DNA of 64,000 bases from Mobula hypostoma (Eukaryota): assembly GCF_963921235.1 (NCBI RefSeq), contig NC_086097.1:131318001-131382000 (forward strand), in the 5' to 3' direction. The translations under genes were made by a program, and so were the position numbers. Shown here piece by piece: positions 25,741 through 39,429 of the stretch; within the stretch, counting starts at the first letter, position 1, and each line of letters starts with the position of its first letter. The notes under the pieces were generated by a model. It had not been told where the DNA came from. It searched no databases and was given only the letters and a program-made list of their open reading frames with translations.

Positions 25741-26961
25741 GTCACCTCTGCAGTAACCCGAGGTAGGTGATAGAAGTGAAAAGTGTCTGAAAATGGGATC
25801 CTCCTTTACTTTTTGAACAACTGTGTTGCATCATTTAAAGCCAAAACCTGCTTTACACTCTATGCACACATGGGAAATTTGCCAAGCGTAACATTTATTA
25901 TTCTATAGATAGATATGTTATATACCCAGAGGAAATGATGTCACTGGATAGTGTTTTGTTCAGAAGGATTATTGTTTATTTGCTTGCTGTAAAGCCATTT
26001 TTTCTGACTCAGCCTGTTGGCACAGTGCTAGTGGGAATACTGGAGGACAAACATCTCAGGAGTTTTACTGACAATCAATGCATCATTCTTTGACAGACTA
26101 TTAACAATCTGTTGACCCAGTGAAAAGCATGTTTCAAAAAAAAAGACCAACTTGTGCTTCTTATCAATAAGATGCTCACACGGCATAGATGCATACACAT
26201 ATTGAATTGTCAGATTTGCAGTTAGCACACTTGAGAGCCTGTTTATTGTCAATATCTGACCTAAAAATAATGATTTGCGTTCCAAGTAAAATGCTGCTTT
26301 TATATTTTCCATTAGCTGGAGAATTCAGCCTCTGCTATTATGGCAGTTCCCCAGTTATTCCTCACACTGCTCTACATCTGGGTGACATGAAAGATAATCA
26401 CAGTGCAGTTACAGTCTTGATAAAGCATGGTTTCCTTTCTCTGCAGCCCTTTGAAGTTGCAGACAGTTTCATGATACTTGATAATCTAATCTCTGTCCGC
26501 TTTATTCCTTGCATTGCCCTGCAACGACAGAGTGGAAATGCTACAGTGTGAGTATTGATTGCCATATACATTGGTTATGTTGTGCAGTGACTTTCTAGAT
26601 CCAAAGGTGTCCACAAAAGGCTAAGGGATTCCTGGCCGTAATATCAGAATGTTAGTTTAATTTAGAGAGCGTTCGGGTCAGTGAGTGGAATGGGGGTGGG
26701 GTGGGCTGGATGATTTCTGGTCTTGAGCAGCTGCTGGCTATACACAGCAATTACCAATGGGGGAGCAATAAAGAAGTTGTTAATTATGGGCTTTATATCC
26801 TTGCGGCTCAAGAGAGGGGAAAAACAGGACTAAAGGTTAAAATGCTTGTCTTGCTAACTCTTAAGGCATGAGAAGCCAGAACCGCAAACTTAGCATCTCA
26901 TTCAGGAAATAAAATGCCCTAATGAATGGGACTAGAGCAGGAAATATTTGAAGACAGGAAG

Positions 26962-26963
<2 letters not shown>

Positions 26964-27004
<41 letters not shown>

Positions 27005-27019
27005 TGTGAGAGAGAGAGA
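26964..27019. repeat. Compound (GT)n(GA)n microsatellite
   Basis: Seen directly in the sequence. Confidence 0.95.
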
Positions 27020-28374
27020 AAAATAAAAATTATGTGCATTCTGGAACAAAAGTAGCCAAGGAAATCAAGTGCTCAATTAGATGTTAGAATCTTAATCCTT
27101 TCCCCATTGCTAAAATGTTCAAGCTTAGCTTTACCAATTGTCTGGTTATGCACCAGGTACTAATTCAGTGGGATTTATTTGAACCCAATGTGGCTTCAAT
27201 ACAAGATGTCATTGTTCAAAGTTCTCTCCACTTCATCCCTTCATGTGCAAAATCAAACACAAAAAGAGGTCAACTTGAATCAATTTTCTCCCGAATTAGA
27301 TTTTTAAAAGTTTATAAATGGAAGTTATTACGCTGAGTAGCACAACAAGCATAGTGCTTGGTATCCGCATTTTACTGATAAAGCACTTAAAGTCAAAGAA
27401 AAAGTCTGCTGATTTTTGTTGATCCTATATTTGGCGTTCCCTGTGTGACAGGGTATCGACCTAATAGGTGAGGCATTGAGAGATTGTTTCGTCATCGCAT
27501 AGCATCTTTTTTTTATGATTGCGACAGTAGTATAAATACCAGCATTAGTGTGATATCCTGGTTGGCAAATAATTGATAACATGGAATAACGTCAGCAGTG
27601 ATGCTCCTGATAACGAATTTTTCACAATGGACTAGATTGCCTTTTTTGTTGATAATATGTTTAAAGTTAAATTAAGACCTTGGGTTTTAGAGTCAAATTT
27701 AGACCCTGAGCCATCATGGTAGTGTAGCAGTTATTGCGATCCTTACAAAGCTTGGGTCATTCCGGTGTTTGGAGTTTAATTCTGGCAGCCTCTGTAAGGA
27801 GTTCGTACGCTTTACCAGTGACCTCATGGGTTTCCTTTGGGTGCTCTGGTTTTCTCCCACAGTCCAAGGATGTACCAGTTAGTAGGTTAACTAGTCTTTG
27901 TAAGTTGTCCTTTGACGAGGCTAGTGTTAAATAGGTGGGCTGCTGGGCTGTGCAGCTTGTTGGGCGGGAAGGTCCTGATCTGTGCTATATCTCCAGATAA
28001 ATAAAAAACAATCGTACATTTCTTCTCCCAATTCATTTGTTGTTGGAGTAATGATGCCAAAATCCAGTTGCAAAATGCCTGCTGACTGGTTGCATTTGGA
28101 GACGATTTGTTTTCAGTTTAGTATCGCATGCATGCATGCACAGTTGCAGCTGCAGTCATGCTGCTTGCCATTCTGGTAAAGTCAAAACCCTTGAAACGCT
28201 CGTGCCATCTGAAAATTTGCAGAACGGTTGCATAACTGGTACTCAGTATGGGTCACAACATGCATTCTGCAACAGGAGCAAATCCAGCACCTGCACAATG
28301 TAAAGCAGGTGTTTCCCATGATGGGAGCATGATCTAGGACAATACTGGTCCCAATCAAGTGAGTTATTGCTGGC

Positions 28375-28560
28375 TGGTGGTGTGGTGGCATTAGCACAGG
28401 ACTTTGAGGCGAGTGGTCCAGGGTTCAAATCCGGCTGACTCCTTACACGCTCTCCATCTGTGCTGAACTGAGCATCAAGTTACCAACTTGGCCTCATTAA
28501 AAACAATACAATGCTAAAGAAACAGCAACTTCACTGCCACAAGGCGCAGAAAGAAATAAC
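28375..28560 (+). mobile_element. tRNA-headed SINE
   Basis: A-box tggtgtggtgg, B-box ggttcaaatcc; not a canonical tRNA cloverleaf. Confidence 0.5.
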
Positions 28561-29629
28561 AAGTTAATCACAGTATGAATAATCATGTTACTTGTAATTT
28601 GAAGGGGACCTTTAGTCAAGGTAGGATTTTGGTGAATGACCTTTTTAATGAAACTATCATTGCATTAGCACAGGAATATTCCTGGTGCTGAAGGCTGATA
28701 TTTTAAATTTTTAAAAGAGTGATAGGCCTTTGATTGAACGAAAGGACATTAGGTATGAATATTAAGGAAAAGATTGAAGTTAGCACTCATAACAACAATG
28801 ATATTAATTCTGGTGATAAATAGAAATTTGCTGTAAGGAAAAGTGATTTCAAGAAATTAATTAATAAAGCTTATGATAATGTTTCATTCCTGGATGCAGC
28901 CATCAATGGTAAGGCAGCTTTAATGCCCATGAGAAAGTGGTGGTGTGCCACCTACTTGAGCGGCAACAGTCCATCAGCAATGTGTTTGGTAGGGTGTTCA
29001 GGGATGTAGATTTAGCAATGTTAAATGGCTGCTGACACAGTTCCAAGGCAGGATCGATTTGGGGTGGGATGGGGAAACTTTCAGATGGTAGCATTTTTAT
29101 CTGCCTGCAACCATTGGGTGCAAAAGGCATTGTTGGAATACCCAAGGTGAGAACAGTTTGTAGATGGTGCACACCATGGCGGATGGAATGGTGGATATGA
29201 AGTCAGTCCATTGGGCTGCTTTGTCCTAGGTAGTATTGAACATCTTGAGGAGCTCAGACTGCACTCACTCACATAAGCAGTGTCCGTATCATTACATTTC
29301 TGACTTGTACTTTGTTAATGGTGGAAAGGCGTTGAGTGTCAGAAGGTGAGGTACTCAACACAGGTTGTTGACCTGCTTGTATAGCCAAAGTATTTACAAG
29401 GTGAAGCCTGAGGAACTGCATTGATCTCAATGGCTCTGTAGAAGTGGCAATTATTCAGGGTAGTGGAGAATTGTGTGTAATGGCTTCTTTGTAATGTTTC
29501 ACTGCTGAGGTAACAGTTTCTCTGTAGCAGCGATGTTTGGGTTATGGCTGGAGATAACAGGACTATGGTTATGCATGTTAGCCAATTGGAGATTGTAGCC
29601 TTTGTCTTGTGTATCTGGAAGGATGCTTT

Positions 29630-30167
29630 TTCGCGGTCTTTCATCGAGGAGAGATGAAGAAGGAAGACGCATGTGGAGAGAGCTGGTAGACTACCGGAAG
29701 GAGTAGACTGGGATCTGAGCGTCCGTAGGTCGGCAACGTTCAGAGGAGATCGGTGGAAGAATGACTATTGAGTGAACTCCAACGTGAATTTTTGACTTTT
29801 CCTTGAATTGGACCCTTTTCAAAATTTTCATTACTAACCCTATATTCAGATTAAGATTCATAAAGTTCAATCATTTAATTGCATATGGTGGACTGCCTGA
29901 TATTTTGCATTGTGGGTTTGTAACTGGGCAGTACATTACACAGCATCCACACAAACGTGATTTCTCAGTTTGGCGGGGCCAAAGGCTGTTTCCCCTGGAC
30001 AAACACGAGCTGGGCGAGCCTGAGGGTTACAATTGTGGGGGCTTGTCCGGGATTGAATCCATTGGATGCTGTGCTATTGTAACCCTCAGACTCGCCCAGC
30101 TTGTGTTCATCCAGGGGAAACAGCCTTTAGTCCCGCCAAACTGAGAAATCACGTTTGTGTAGATGCT
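29630..30167 (+). mobile_element. LTR retroelement fragment: LTR 3' part, tRNA-Pro primer-binding site and an inverted LTR-end copy
   Basis: LTR ends ...gagggttaca (30031); tgggggcttgtccgggat (30036-30053) is 17/18 to the tRNA-Pro PBS TGGGGGCTCGTCCGGGAT; 30076-30167 is an inverted copy of 29942-30033. Confidence 0.75.
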
Positions 30168-31874
30168 ACCTGAATTAATGAGAAATAATCTGAAGATGGA
30201 ATATTGAACCATAATTCAGAGACCGAGCAACCCCAAAGGTCAAATGGCTTAGTTCCGCTCCCACATCTTATGCTCTTGGAGAACATGACAAGGTAAAAAC
30301 TTGAAGGACCTCACCCCTGGTGGGGAAGTCTAGAATCAATTTAGGATAAAACTCATTTAAGATGATGATGATGAATGTCATCTTTCTAGGAGTACAACAA
30401 CAGGAATTCTTTATCCTGGCAATCAGTGGGGACTGAATCTCTGAAGTGCAGATGGTAGAGTTGCTCCTCACATTGCCAGTGGCCTTGGCTCAATCTACAC
30501 CTTTGGTGCTCTCTGTGCAGAGTTTGCATTTTCTCCCTGTGACTGCATGGGTTTTATCTGGATGTTCCAGTTTCTTCCTACATTCCAAAGATACGCTAGT
30601 TTCTAGGTTAATTGGCAGTGGCAAATTATCCTTAGTGTGTAGCTGAGTAGTAGAATTTGGGGGGGGGGGCGGGTGTGAGCAGCGTTGCCAGGAATGTAGG
30701 GAGAATGAAGAATCGGATTAAGATGGAATTTTTGTAAATAAGTAATTGATGGTGAGCATGGACTTGATGGGCTGAAGGGTCTGGTTTTGATAATGTATCT
30801 TTCTATCACTTATGTTGTAAGCTTGATTGGATTTTGAGAATTGGAACTGAAGCCAAGATCAGATTACCAATGGCATGCTTGAGAGGCTGCGAGGCCTACT
30901 CTTCATCCAATTTCTTATGTACTTATTTCTTAATGTGTTGTTCAATTGCTGAGCTGGTAATTGACAGTGGTGGAACATATCAAATGTAACTGGGAGCATA
31001 CAGATGACATTAATACTGCCTGGACATCACACTGACGAGCTTAGGGAGGATTTGGTGTTTGTTGAATCCAGTTCCCTGAAAGTTCACCCATAGAATCCCG
31101 AAACATCAATAACAACGGATTCACGTCACCATAAACTAATGACCCTTATTGATGCAGCTATTACTTCAGATTGAGCTTTGCACGGAAGTTTAATGTTGGC
31201 TGTGTGGCATCAATAGAGAATGTGTTCAATTCCTCAGCCCTGACCTGGAATAGCAACGCGTGGCTGGGGGTCATTTGGTTCATCATGTCTGTGTAACCTC
31301 CGTGAAAAAGCGATTCCCTTCCTAAAAAAATGAGCCTCTTCTTCATTTCTGCTCTATTTTGGCACGCTGTCTAATATTTGTTTGCTGAGAACTGACTTTT
31401 AATGAGATCAGTACCTAAAATATTTAATAAACTATCAGCTGGTGCATATCAAGGGCTTGTTACGGAAATATTGACACTGCGAGTCAACACCAGTGGCTAG
31501 CATTAATCAAAAAAGATTAAGGTTTTCAATAATGTTGCTTTGATTCATATTTTAAGTCCCTGTCAAAAACACGCAGTGGTTAGGATGCATTGTTCCAGGA
31601 GAAAACCCTGAGCAAGCACCATTACATTGGACGTAAATGATTAGCTGGGGAAGGATTTATCGAACTAGTAATAATTCTTGTGTGAAGAAGCTAAAAGCAG
31701 AGCATTAAGGGTGTCATTGTTGAATTAAATATTATTTGTTGTGACAATTACAGGGAATTCCAGAGGGAAAAAGTGAACAGAGGATGAATGAAATAAAATG
31801 ATGTTTTTGGGACTTCAGCCATGCAGACTGAAATAAAAAGCGCCGTCACTGTCACATTCACGTTGATATTTGTG

Positions 31875-32390
31875 ACTTTATAAAGCATTGGTAGGCTGCA
31901 CTTGAAGTCTGTGTACAATTCTGGTATAGGAAGAATGTAGGGGCTTTGGAAAGGTAGAGGTTCACCAAGATGTAGCTTGGATTAGAGGGTATGAGATATA
32001 AGAAGGGGTTCTCCAAACTTGGGTTGTTGTCTCTGGAGCATTGGAGGCTAACTGGAGACCTGATAGAAGTTTATAACACTATGAGACTAGTCAGTCAGAA
32101 TGTTTTCCCTAGGATAGGAATGTCAGGAGGACACGAACTTAAGGTGGGAGTGGGAAAGATTGACAGAAATGTGCAGGGCATGTTTTTTTCACACAGACAG
32201 TCCACAGGTACCTGGAATGTGCTACTGCAAGTAGTTGTAGAAATACGTATGAGGCTTTCAGACGGACACATGAAGATGCTGAGTCTGGTGAGATGTGGAT
32301 CATATGCAGAAGAGGTTTCGTTTAATTTGGCATTTTGTTTGACGCAGACATTGCGGTCGAAGGGCCTGTTGTGTGCTGCACTGTCTATCT
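31875..32390 (+). mobile_element. Degraded CR1 3' fragment
   Basis: KLGLLSLEHWRLTGDLIEVYNTM. Confidence 0.75.
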
Positions 32391-32871
32391 GCTACTTAGC
32401 CAATCTCCAAACGTTTGTCCAGTGATGAAGCCTAATAAGGATGTCATGGCGGCGTAGTAGGTAGTGGCATTATCTTGTAGCTCGAGCATCCCGCTGTCTT
32501 TATGAAGTTTGCTGGTTCTGACTGTGACTGGCAAGTTTCCCCTGGGGCTCTGGTTTCTTCCACACATCAAAGGCATGAAGGTCTGTAGATTAACTTGCTA
32601 CTGGAAATGATCTCTCATGTGGATGACTGGAGGAGTTAATAGGCATATGAGAGAATGAGTTAGGGGAGTATGAGGATGAGTGAGATTGATACAATTGCTC
32701 TGAGAGCTAATATAGACCTGAAGGACCAACTGGTACCTCATACATCATAATAAAATTTAAGAACAGCAAAAACTTCAAGGTGAACTCACTATCTTTCCAT
32801 AATTCCCAATTTAACACATAAAAGGTCATAACCAGGCAGACAGTCAAAAGCTTGGTAAAATAGTTCAGTTA

Positions 32872-33725
32872 AGACCATAAGACTTGGGAGCAGAATTAGA
32901 CTATTCAGCCCATCGAGTCTGCTCTACCATTCCATCATGACTGATCCGAAATCCCACTCAACCCCATACACCTGCCTTCTCACCATATCCTTTGATGCCC
33001 TGGCTGATCAGGAAACGATCAACTTCCAGCTTAAGTATATCCACGGACTTGGCCTCCACAGCAGTCTGTGGCAGAACATTCAACAGATTCACTACTCTCA
33101 GGCTAAAAAAAAATTCCTCTTTACCTCCGTTCTAAAAGGTCACCCCTTAGTTATGAGGCTGTTCCCTCTAGTTCTGGATACCCCCACCATAGGGAACATC
33201 TTCTCCACATCCACCCTATCTAGCCCTTTCAGCATTTGGTAGGTTTCAATGAGATCCCCCTGCATTCTTCTAAATTCTAGTGAGTACAGGCCCAAAGCTG
33301 CCAAATGCTCCTCATATGTTTACCCCACAATTCCTGGAATCATCCTTGTGCACCTCCTCTGGACTCTTTCCAATGACAACTCATCCTTTCTGAGATATGG
33401 GGCCCAAAACTGTTGACAATACTCCAAGTGCAGCCGGACAAGCGTCTTTTGAAGGCTCAGTTTTATCTCCTTGTTTTATATTCTACTCCCCTTGAAATGC
33501 ATAACAACATTGCGTTTGCCTTCTTTACCACTGACTCGACCTGTAAATTAACGTTCTGGGAATCTTGCACGAGGACTCCTAAGTCCCTCTGCACCTCTGA
33601 TGCTTGAACCTTCTCCCCATTTAGATAATAGTCCGCACTATTGTTTCTTTTACCAAAATCCATTATCATACATTTCCCACACTGTATTCCATCTGCCACT
33701 TTTCTTGCCCATTCTTCCAATTTGT
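32872..33725 (-). mobile_element. 5'-truncated CR1 LINE
   Basis: DKLEEWARK..DYYLNGEKVQASEVQRDLGVLVQDS..VKKANAML; aagaccataagac tail. Confidence 0.88.
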
Positions 33726-34759
33726 CGAAGGAGGCTCTTAGCTGGAGAGGTTGGTGGCAGAGTAGTACAGCTAGGAGTAGAGCCACTGCCTCATAGCAGC
33801 AGGGACCTGAATTCAATCCTGATCTCGGGCACTGTCTGTGTGGAGTTTGCACATGCTCCTTGCAGTGGCTTGGATTTCCTCACACATACCAAAGACATGT
33901 TGTTTGGTAGCTGTGAATTGCTGCCAGCCGAGGTGTGAGGAATCTGCGGGGAAGCTGTTGAGAAGCTGGGGAGAATGACAACAGGAGTAATATAGGATAA
34001 ATGTAAAATGCATGAACTCTTTCCGTTTGTACTACAGTGCATCTAGCATTCACTGAAACATGATGAAGGAGCTGTGTGTGATCAAGATAATAAACTGACT
34101 GTAGAAATGACATGTTTGCTTTTGAGTCACTTTATTTGAAAAATAGACATTCAGTGATAGCATGCATTTTGTTTTGGTTTCGGTACTGTATGAATATCTT
34201 TTGTAAGTAGAGATGCTTTATCAAGATTAGTTTTATCTTATCTTCTGAATATTGAAAGGCCCATGTAGAGTGGACATGGTAAGGATACTGTATTTCCAAA
34301 AGGGGGAGAGTCTAAGACCTCAGAATAGAAGGATATTCCTTTAGAACAGAGATGAGGAGGAAGTTCTTTAGCCAGAGGATGGTGAATCTGTGGAGACCAA
34401 GTCATTGGGTATATTTAAAGTGGAGGTTGATAGGTTCTTGATTCGTAAGGGCATCAAAGGTTATGGGAGAGTGCAGGGGAATGAGGTTGAGAGGGGTAAT
34501 AAATCAACTATGATGGAGCAGGCTCAAGGGGCTAAATAGCCTAATTCTACTCCTGTATCTTATTGTCCAAAGAGGTGCATGATGGTCGACATGGATTCAG
34601 TGGGCAGAAGGCCCTGTTTCTTGCTGTATTTTTCCTATATCTCTATGAGACTTGCGAGAGAATTCCAGAGCATTTGAGTAGCTTAAGTCATGACTGCTGA
34701 TTCCAGAATAAAGAAAAGCAGAGAGGCCAAAAATAGAGGTGAACTGAAACCCTAAGTAC

Positions 34760-35635
34760 AAAGTACATTTATCGCGGTATGTATACTAGATATGATCTTG
34801 AGATTCATCTCCTTACAGACAACCACAAAGCAAAGAAACCCAATAGAACCCATTAAAAAAAGACAATCTAACACCCAATGTGCAGAAAAAAATCGTGCAA
34901 GCAATAGAAGTTAGCAACTAACATTCAGAACTGAAGTTCACAAAAAATGAGTGCATAGCCGTGAAGCCAGTCATCACTGCAGCTGACTCAGAAGCCTATT
35001 AGTTGCAGGCCATAGCCTCAGTTCAGTGCAGAGATGAGTAAACCTCAGAAAACAGTGAGCTGAACTGGCTCATCCCTGGCCTCCAACCCTACCACCCCGA
35101 TCTTTTCAATCTGGCCCAGTGCTTAAATCGTCCAGACCTTAGGTCATTTCTTGCTGTCGGGGCCCTGGCACTCCTGCTTCAATACACTCTCGGGCTCGGG
35201 CCGTGCCATCTCAATTCAGCATGTTCCTGACCTTTCCAATTCGGCCTGTGCTTAAATCTTATGTCTTTCCTTGCTCCTGGGCTCAGGCTTGACCCTGCTG
35301 CCTCAACTCAGTCCTGCTGTATTGATTGCCTCCAAGTCCTCCAGCAGTGGCTAAACATTGGCTTGTTCCCCTGCTCTCAGGCCTGGGACCCACCCACTTG
35401 ATTCGGCCTGTACATGCCACGCCACGACCGTCCTGCACCTTTGAGACTTCAGTTCACAGCACAAAAATGCCAGGCCGTGCAGGCCGTTCAAAAGCTCAGT
35501 TCCAAAAGGGAAGTTAGAGACTACTGATTGCAGAGGTCATTTACCAGAAAAAGTGTGATTGATAAAGTAGTTAGTAATTGTCTGTTTTGTTTGCTTCCAA
35601 CAAGTAGTCCCTGTGCTTTACCAGCACCATCTTAA
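34760..35635 (-). mobile_element. Non-autonomous LINE-derived element (related element at about 61290-62140)
   Basis: Both start with aagatggtgc/aaaatggcac on the minus strand and share the 3' block caaagtacatttat..gtatgtat..cttgagattcatct. Confidence 0.5.
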
Positions 35636-36214
35636 ATTTTTGATAATCAATTTTTAGAACAAAATAAGAAATAATAGGAACAGATCACACAACCATTCAA
35701 GCTGCTTATCATAAGACAAGTTTATCACAGGCTGAGCTTGGCTTTAATTTCATTTTTCTTTTTTCACTCCATTCAATAATACAGCCTGCTGTGCTCTCCA
35801 GGATAGAGAAATCTAAAGATTCATCATGCCCAATGAAGAAATTCCTTTTCATTCCTTCAACAAGTGACCCTTTACTTTGAGGATGCTCCCCCAGCTCTAG
35901 ATTTCCCCAAAAGGTGAAACATCTTTTCCTTTCTCATCGTGTCTAGCGGTCTCAGGACCTTATGGAGCCTCACTAATGTGCCGTAAGTAGTGACAACAAT
36001 ACTATTGCTTGGAGTGCCTCGGTGAATATTTCGTTTCAATAGGACCATATAGCCTATGTTAAAAGCTACCCAGGTAGATTTGGTTTCTGGCATCATGCTG
36101 TTTGACACATTCCATCCCATATTTTCCAACAAAAACCACATGCAACCTATTTTTTTTACAAAAAAATGTGGTTTATAAAATCAGGGAAGGCATTCTAGAC
36201 CTTTACACAAAGTA

Positions 36215-36725
36215 TTGTGCTCAGTTTTGGTCACCCTGTGAGAGAGGAGTATGTGATTAAAATGGAAAGAGTACAAAAAGGATTTACAAAGATGTTGCCA
36301 AGGCTTGAAGGACTGAGTTATAAGGGGAGGTTAGACAGACTGGGCCTTTGCTCCATGGAGCGTATGAGAGTGAGGGGTGATCCCCCTTGATGGGTGTAGA
36401 TAGGGTGAGCAATCTTTTTATCAGAGTTGGGGAATCAAAAACTAGAGGACATAGTTTGAAGGTTAGAGGGGAAAGATTTAGTAATAACTTTCGGACAACT
36501 GTTTTACACAATAAGTGGTATATTCTTGGAATCAGCTACTGCAGGAAGCGTTGAGGCAGGTACATTGGGTACATTTAAAGTGTATGTGGACAGGTACATG
36601 GATGAGGAGTTTAGAGGGATATGGGCCAAGTGTTGTGAAATGAGATTAGCTTGAATATACATTTTGTTCGGCATGGACAGGTATGAGTCAAAGGACATCT
36701 CTCAGTACTGTATAGCCTTATGACT
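36215..36725 (+). mobile_element. Degraded CR1 3' fragment
   Basis: agtattgtgctcagttttggtcacc..gatgttgccaaggcttgaaggactgagttataagg; ends tatgactct. Confidence 0.75.
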
Positions 36726-38309
36726 CTGACTCACTTGGTGGTTAGATCTCAGCTAAAATTTTACATTAATTTCTGGGTGCTATACAAGGAAGTTGCCAGG
36801 GTTGGGAGAGGGAGGGGGTGCAGAGTTCATCTACAGTACAGGAATGAGGGACTTAATTTACACTGAGGATCCTTCAAAGCTTTGCTTGCTATTACACAAA
36901 GAAACACAAGGTGAGATTTAATCATGAAGTTACACAATAGGAGAAGTTTGGATGGACTATTGGTGAAGATGCTTTTCTGATGGCAGGTGTATTGTGTACC
37001 TGAGGAGCTGGATTTTGTGTTAATTGGGAAAAGAATCAGTGGGGAGGTGAGAAGACTGATTTCATATTGCAACTTGTTCTATTCTGGAATATGTTGTCTG
37101 ATGGGGAAACAAAAGAAGATCTAAAAGTATCTTACAAAAGAATAATGGATCAGTACTTGATACATAAATATTATGAGTTATGATGGAAGAATATGAAAAT
37201 GGCATTAGCTGGAAAACTTTTTCAAATGTCCAGGAAAGGTACTACTGGCTGAAAGGCTTCTTTCTCTGCTCTTAAATTCTATAAAGATGAAATGGGCTAA
37301 AGGGCAGATTGGCAAAAGAAGATATGAAATATTTAAAAAGGGAAGTGCAGAAACAGACAATTGGGTCTTTCCCAATTTATTAATAATTCAGCAGTTCCAG
37401 AATTGGGCAGTATTTTTGACACTCACTGCAGCTAAAAGCTGCTCGTGACATTAACTGTGTGTTGAGAGAAGTTGAGGGGGAAATGGTAGGACATCAGAGA
37501 AATGAAATGGTCCCTCCAAAAATGTTAAAATATTCATGTTTGCCCTCCAGGTTTTACCTCTTGCAAACTCTGCAATCACCTTTATCAACTGCAACCCTCC
37601 GAGATCTTTTCTGATATCATATGGTCTGATGGTTTACAGATCCCTGTGCTCCTCTAATCCTGGCCTTTTAATCATTTGTAACTTTAATTACTTACCATCG
37701 GCAGATTTCCAAGCACTGGAATTCCCTCTTTAAACTTCTCCAGTTCTTTCTCCCTGCAAGGCATTCCTTAAAACTGACCTCCTTTACCAAGATACTTAAA
37801 TATCTCCTTATGGGAAATGGTGTAAGGGTTTTTTTAAATGCAAAAAAGCTTTAAAAACTAAAGCATTCTTTATTATGTTGGTTGGCTATTTAAATGCCAA
37901 TGCAAATGATCTCCTATTGCTGTTATCCTTTCTGTGGTAGCTCTTCTGGTGCTGTCTACTCAATATGCAAGAACTTCTGGTGGGATTTACCTGTGCTAAT
38001 AAATGGAACATTCAGGAGAGGGCTGGATCTACCTCCTTCTTTGTAGAGGGAACTATGGCCTTTGACTCAGGCAGAACTGGGGTCAAAAAGATCAAAGCCG
38101 GCCATCAACACAGTCAAGGAAGCACATTGGCCTGTCTAAATCTTGTTGGCCATCCAGTGTAAGGAGATCTTAGCAAGTGAATGATGCTGAGAGGCATATT
38201 CCAAAGTGCAGGGCATTGAGCATGGGAGTGGGGACATTATGATGCAGACGTACAAGACGTTGGCGAGGCTGCACCTGGAGTTGTCAAGTTTCATCAATTT
38301 TTATCTGCT

Positions 38310-39158
38310 GAGGGAGTTTCCTGCCACCTCAAACCAAAATCAGGCAGGCCCTGGAGGAGCTGAGCACCGTGATCTGTAGCCACGAAATAATACACCCTGA
38401 TACGTTCTCTATCATTGTGGGGGATTTCAACCAGGCCAGCTTGAAGAAGTCTCTGAACAACTATCACCAACATATCACCTGTGGAACCAGAGGAGCCAAC
38501 ACACTTGGCCACTGGTATACCACCATCAAGAGCACTTACCATGTCATCCCATGGTTTGGAAATGCTGATCACCTGGCTGTAGTTCTTCTCCCGGTGTATA
38601 GGCAGAGACTTGGTATGTCACCAAGGACTCTCACAACTTTTATATATGTACCTGGAGAGCATTCTAACTGGTTGAATCACCATCTGGTATGGAGGGGCTG
38701 CTGCACAGGATCGGAAAAAGCTGCAGAAAGTTGCAGCCTCCGCCAGCTCCATCATGGGCACTAGCCTCCTCAATAGCGAGGACATCTTTAAAAAGACAAT
38801 GCCTCAAAAAGACGGCATCTGTCATTATAAGACCACTTATTACCCAGGACATGCCCCCTTCTCATTGCTACATCAAAGAGAAGGTGCAGGAGCTGGAAGA
38901 CACACATTCAACAGCTTCTTTCCCACCACCATCAGATTTCTGAATGGACAATGAACATTACTACCTTACCATTTTTAAAATTTTTTCCTCTCTTTTTGCA
39001 TTACTTATAATTTAATATTATATATGTACATAAATATATATATATATGTCTTATAATTTATAGTTTTTAATATTATGTATTGCAATGTACTGCAGCTGAA
39101 AAACAACAAATCTCATGGCATATGCCAGTGATTTAAACCTGATTCTCATTCTGATTCT
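38310..39158 (+). mobile_element. Rex1/Babar-type LINE with large internal deletion, inserted in a CR1
   Basis: APE-domain part (IIVGDFNQASLKK..TRGANTL..DHLAV) is fused directly to the C-terminal part; ctgattctcattctgattct tail; host CR1 at about 38215-38280 resumes at about 39160. Confidence 0.8.
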
Positions 39159-39429
39159 GGATATTATGTACAGGTTTGGTTGCTTCTTCATAAGACAGAC
39201 ATCATTAAACTGAAAATAATGCAAAGGAAATGTACAGGAATGTAACCCAGCATCAACGTCCTCAGTGAGAGGGAGAGTTTTGATAGAATAGCACTTCATT
39301 CATTGAAGACTGAGGGGTAAATGTACACAATCTTTTTCCCAGGAAAAATGAATCAAACTAGAGAGCATAGGTTTAAGTTTAGAGAAGAAAGTTTTAATAG
39401 GAGCTTGAGTGGCAACTTCTGAATGATCT

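Noticed and set aside
28375..28445. Possible tRNA gene
   Set aside because: A/B boxes are present but there is no convincing cloverleaf or T-run terminator; it continues into a SINE-like body.
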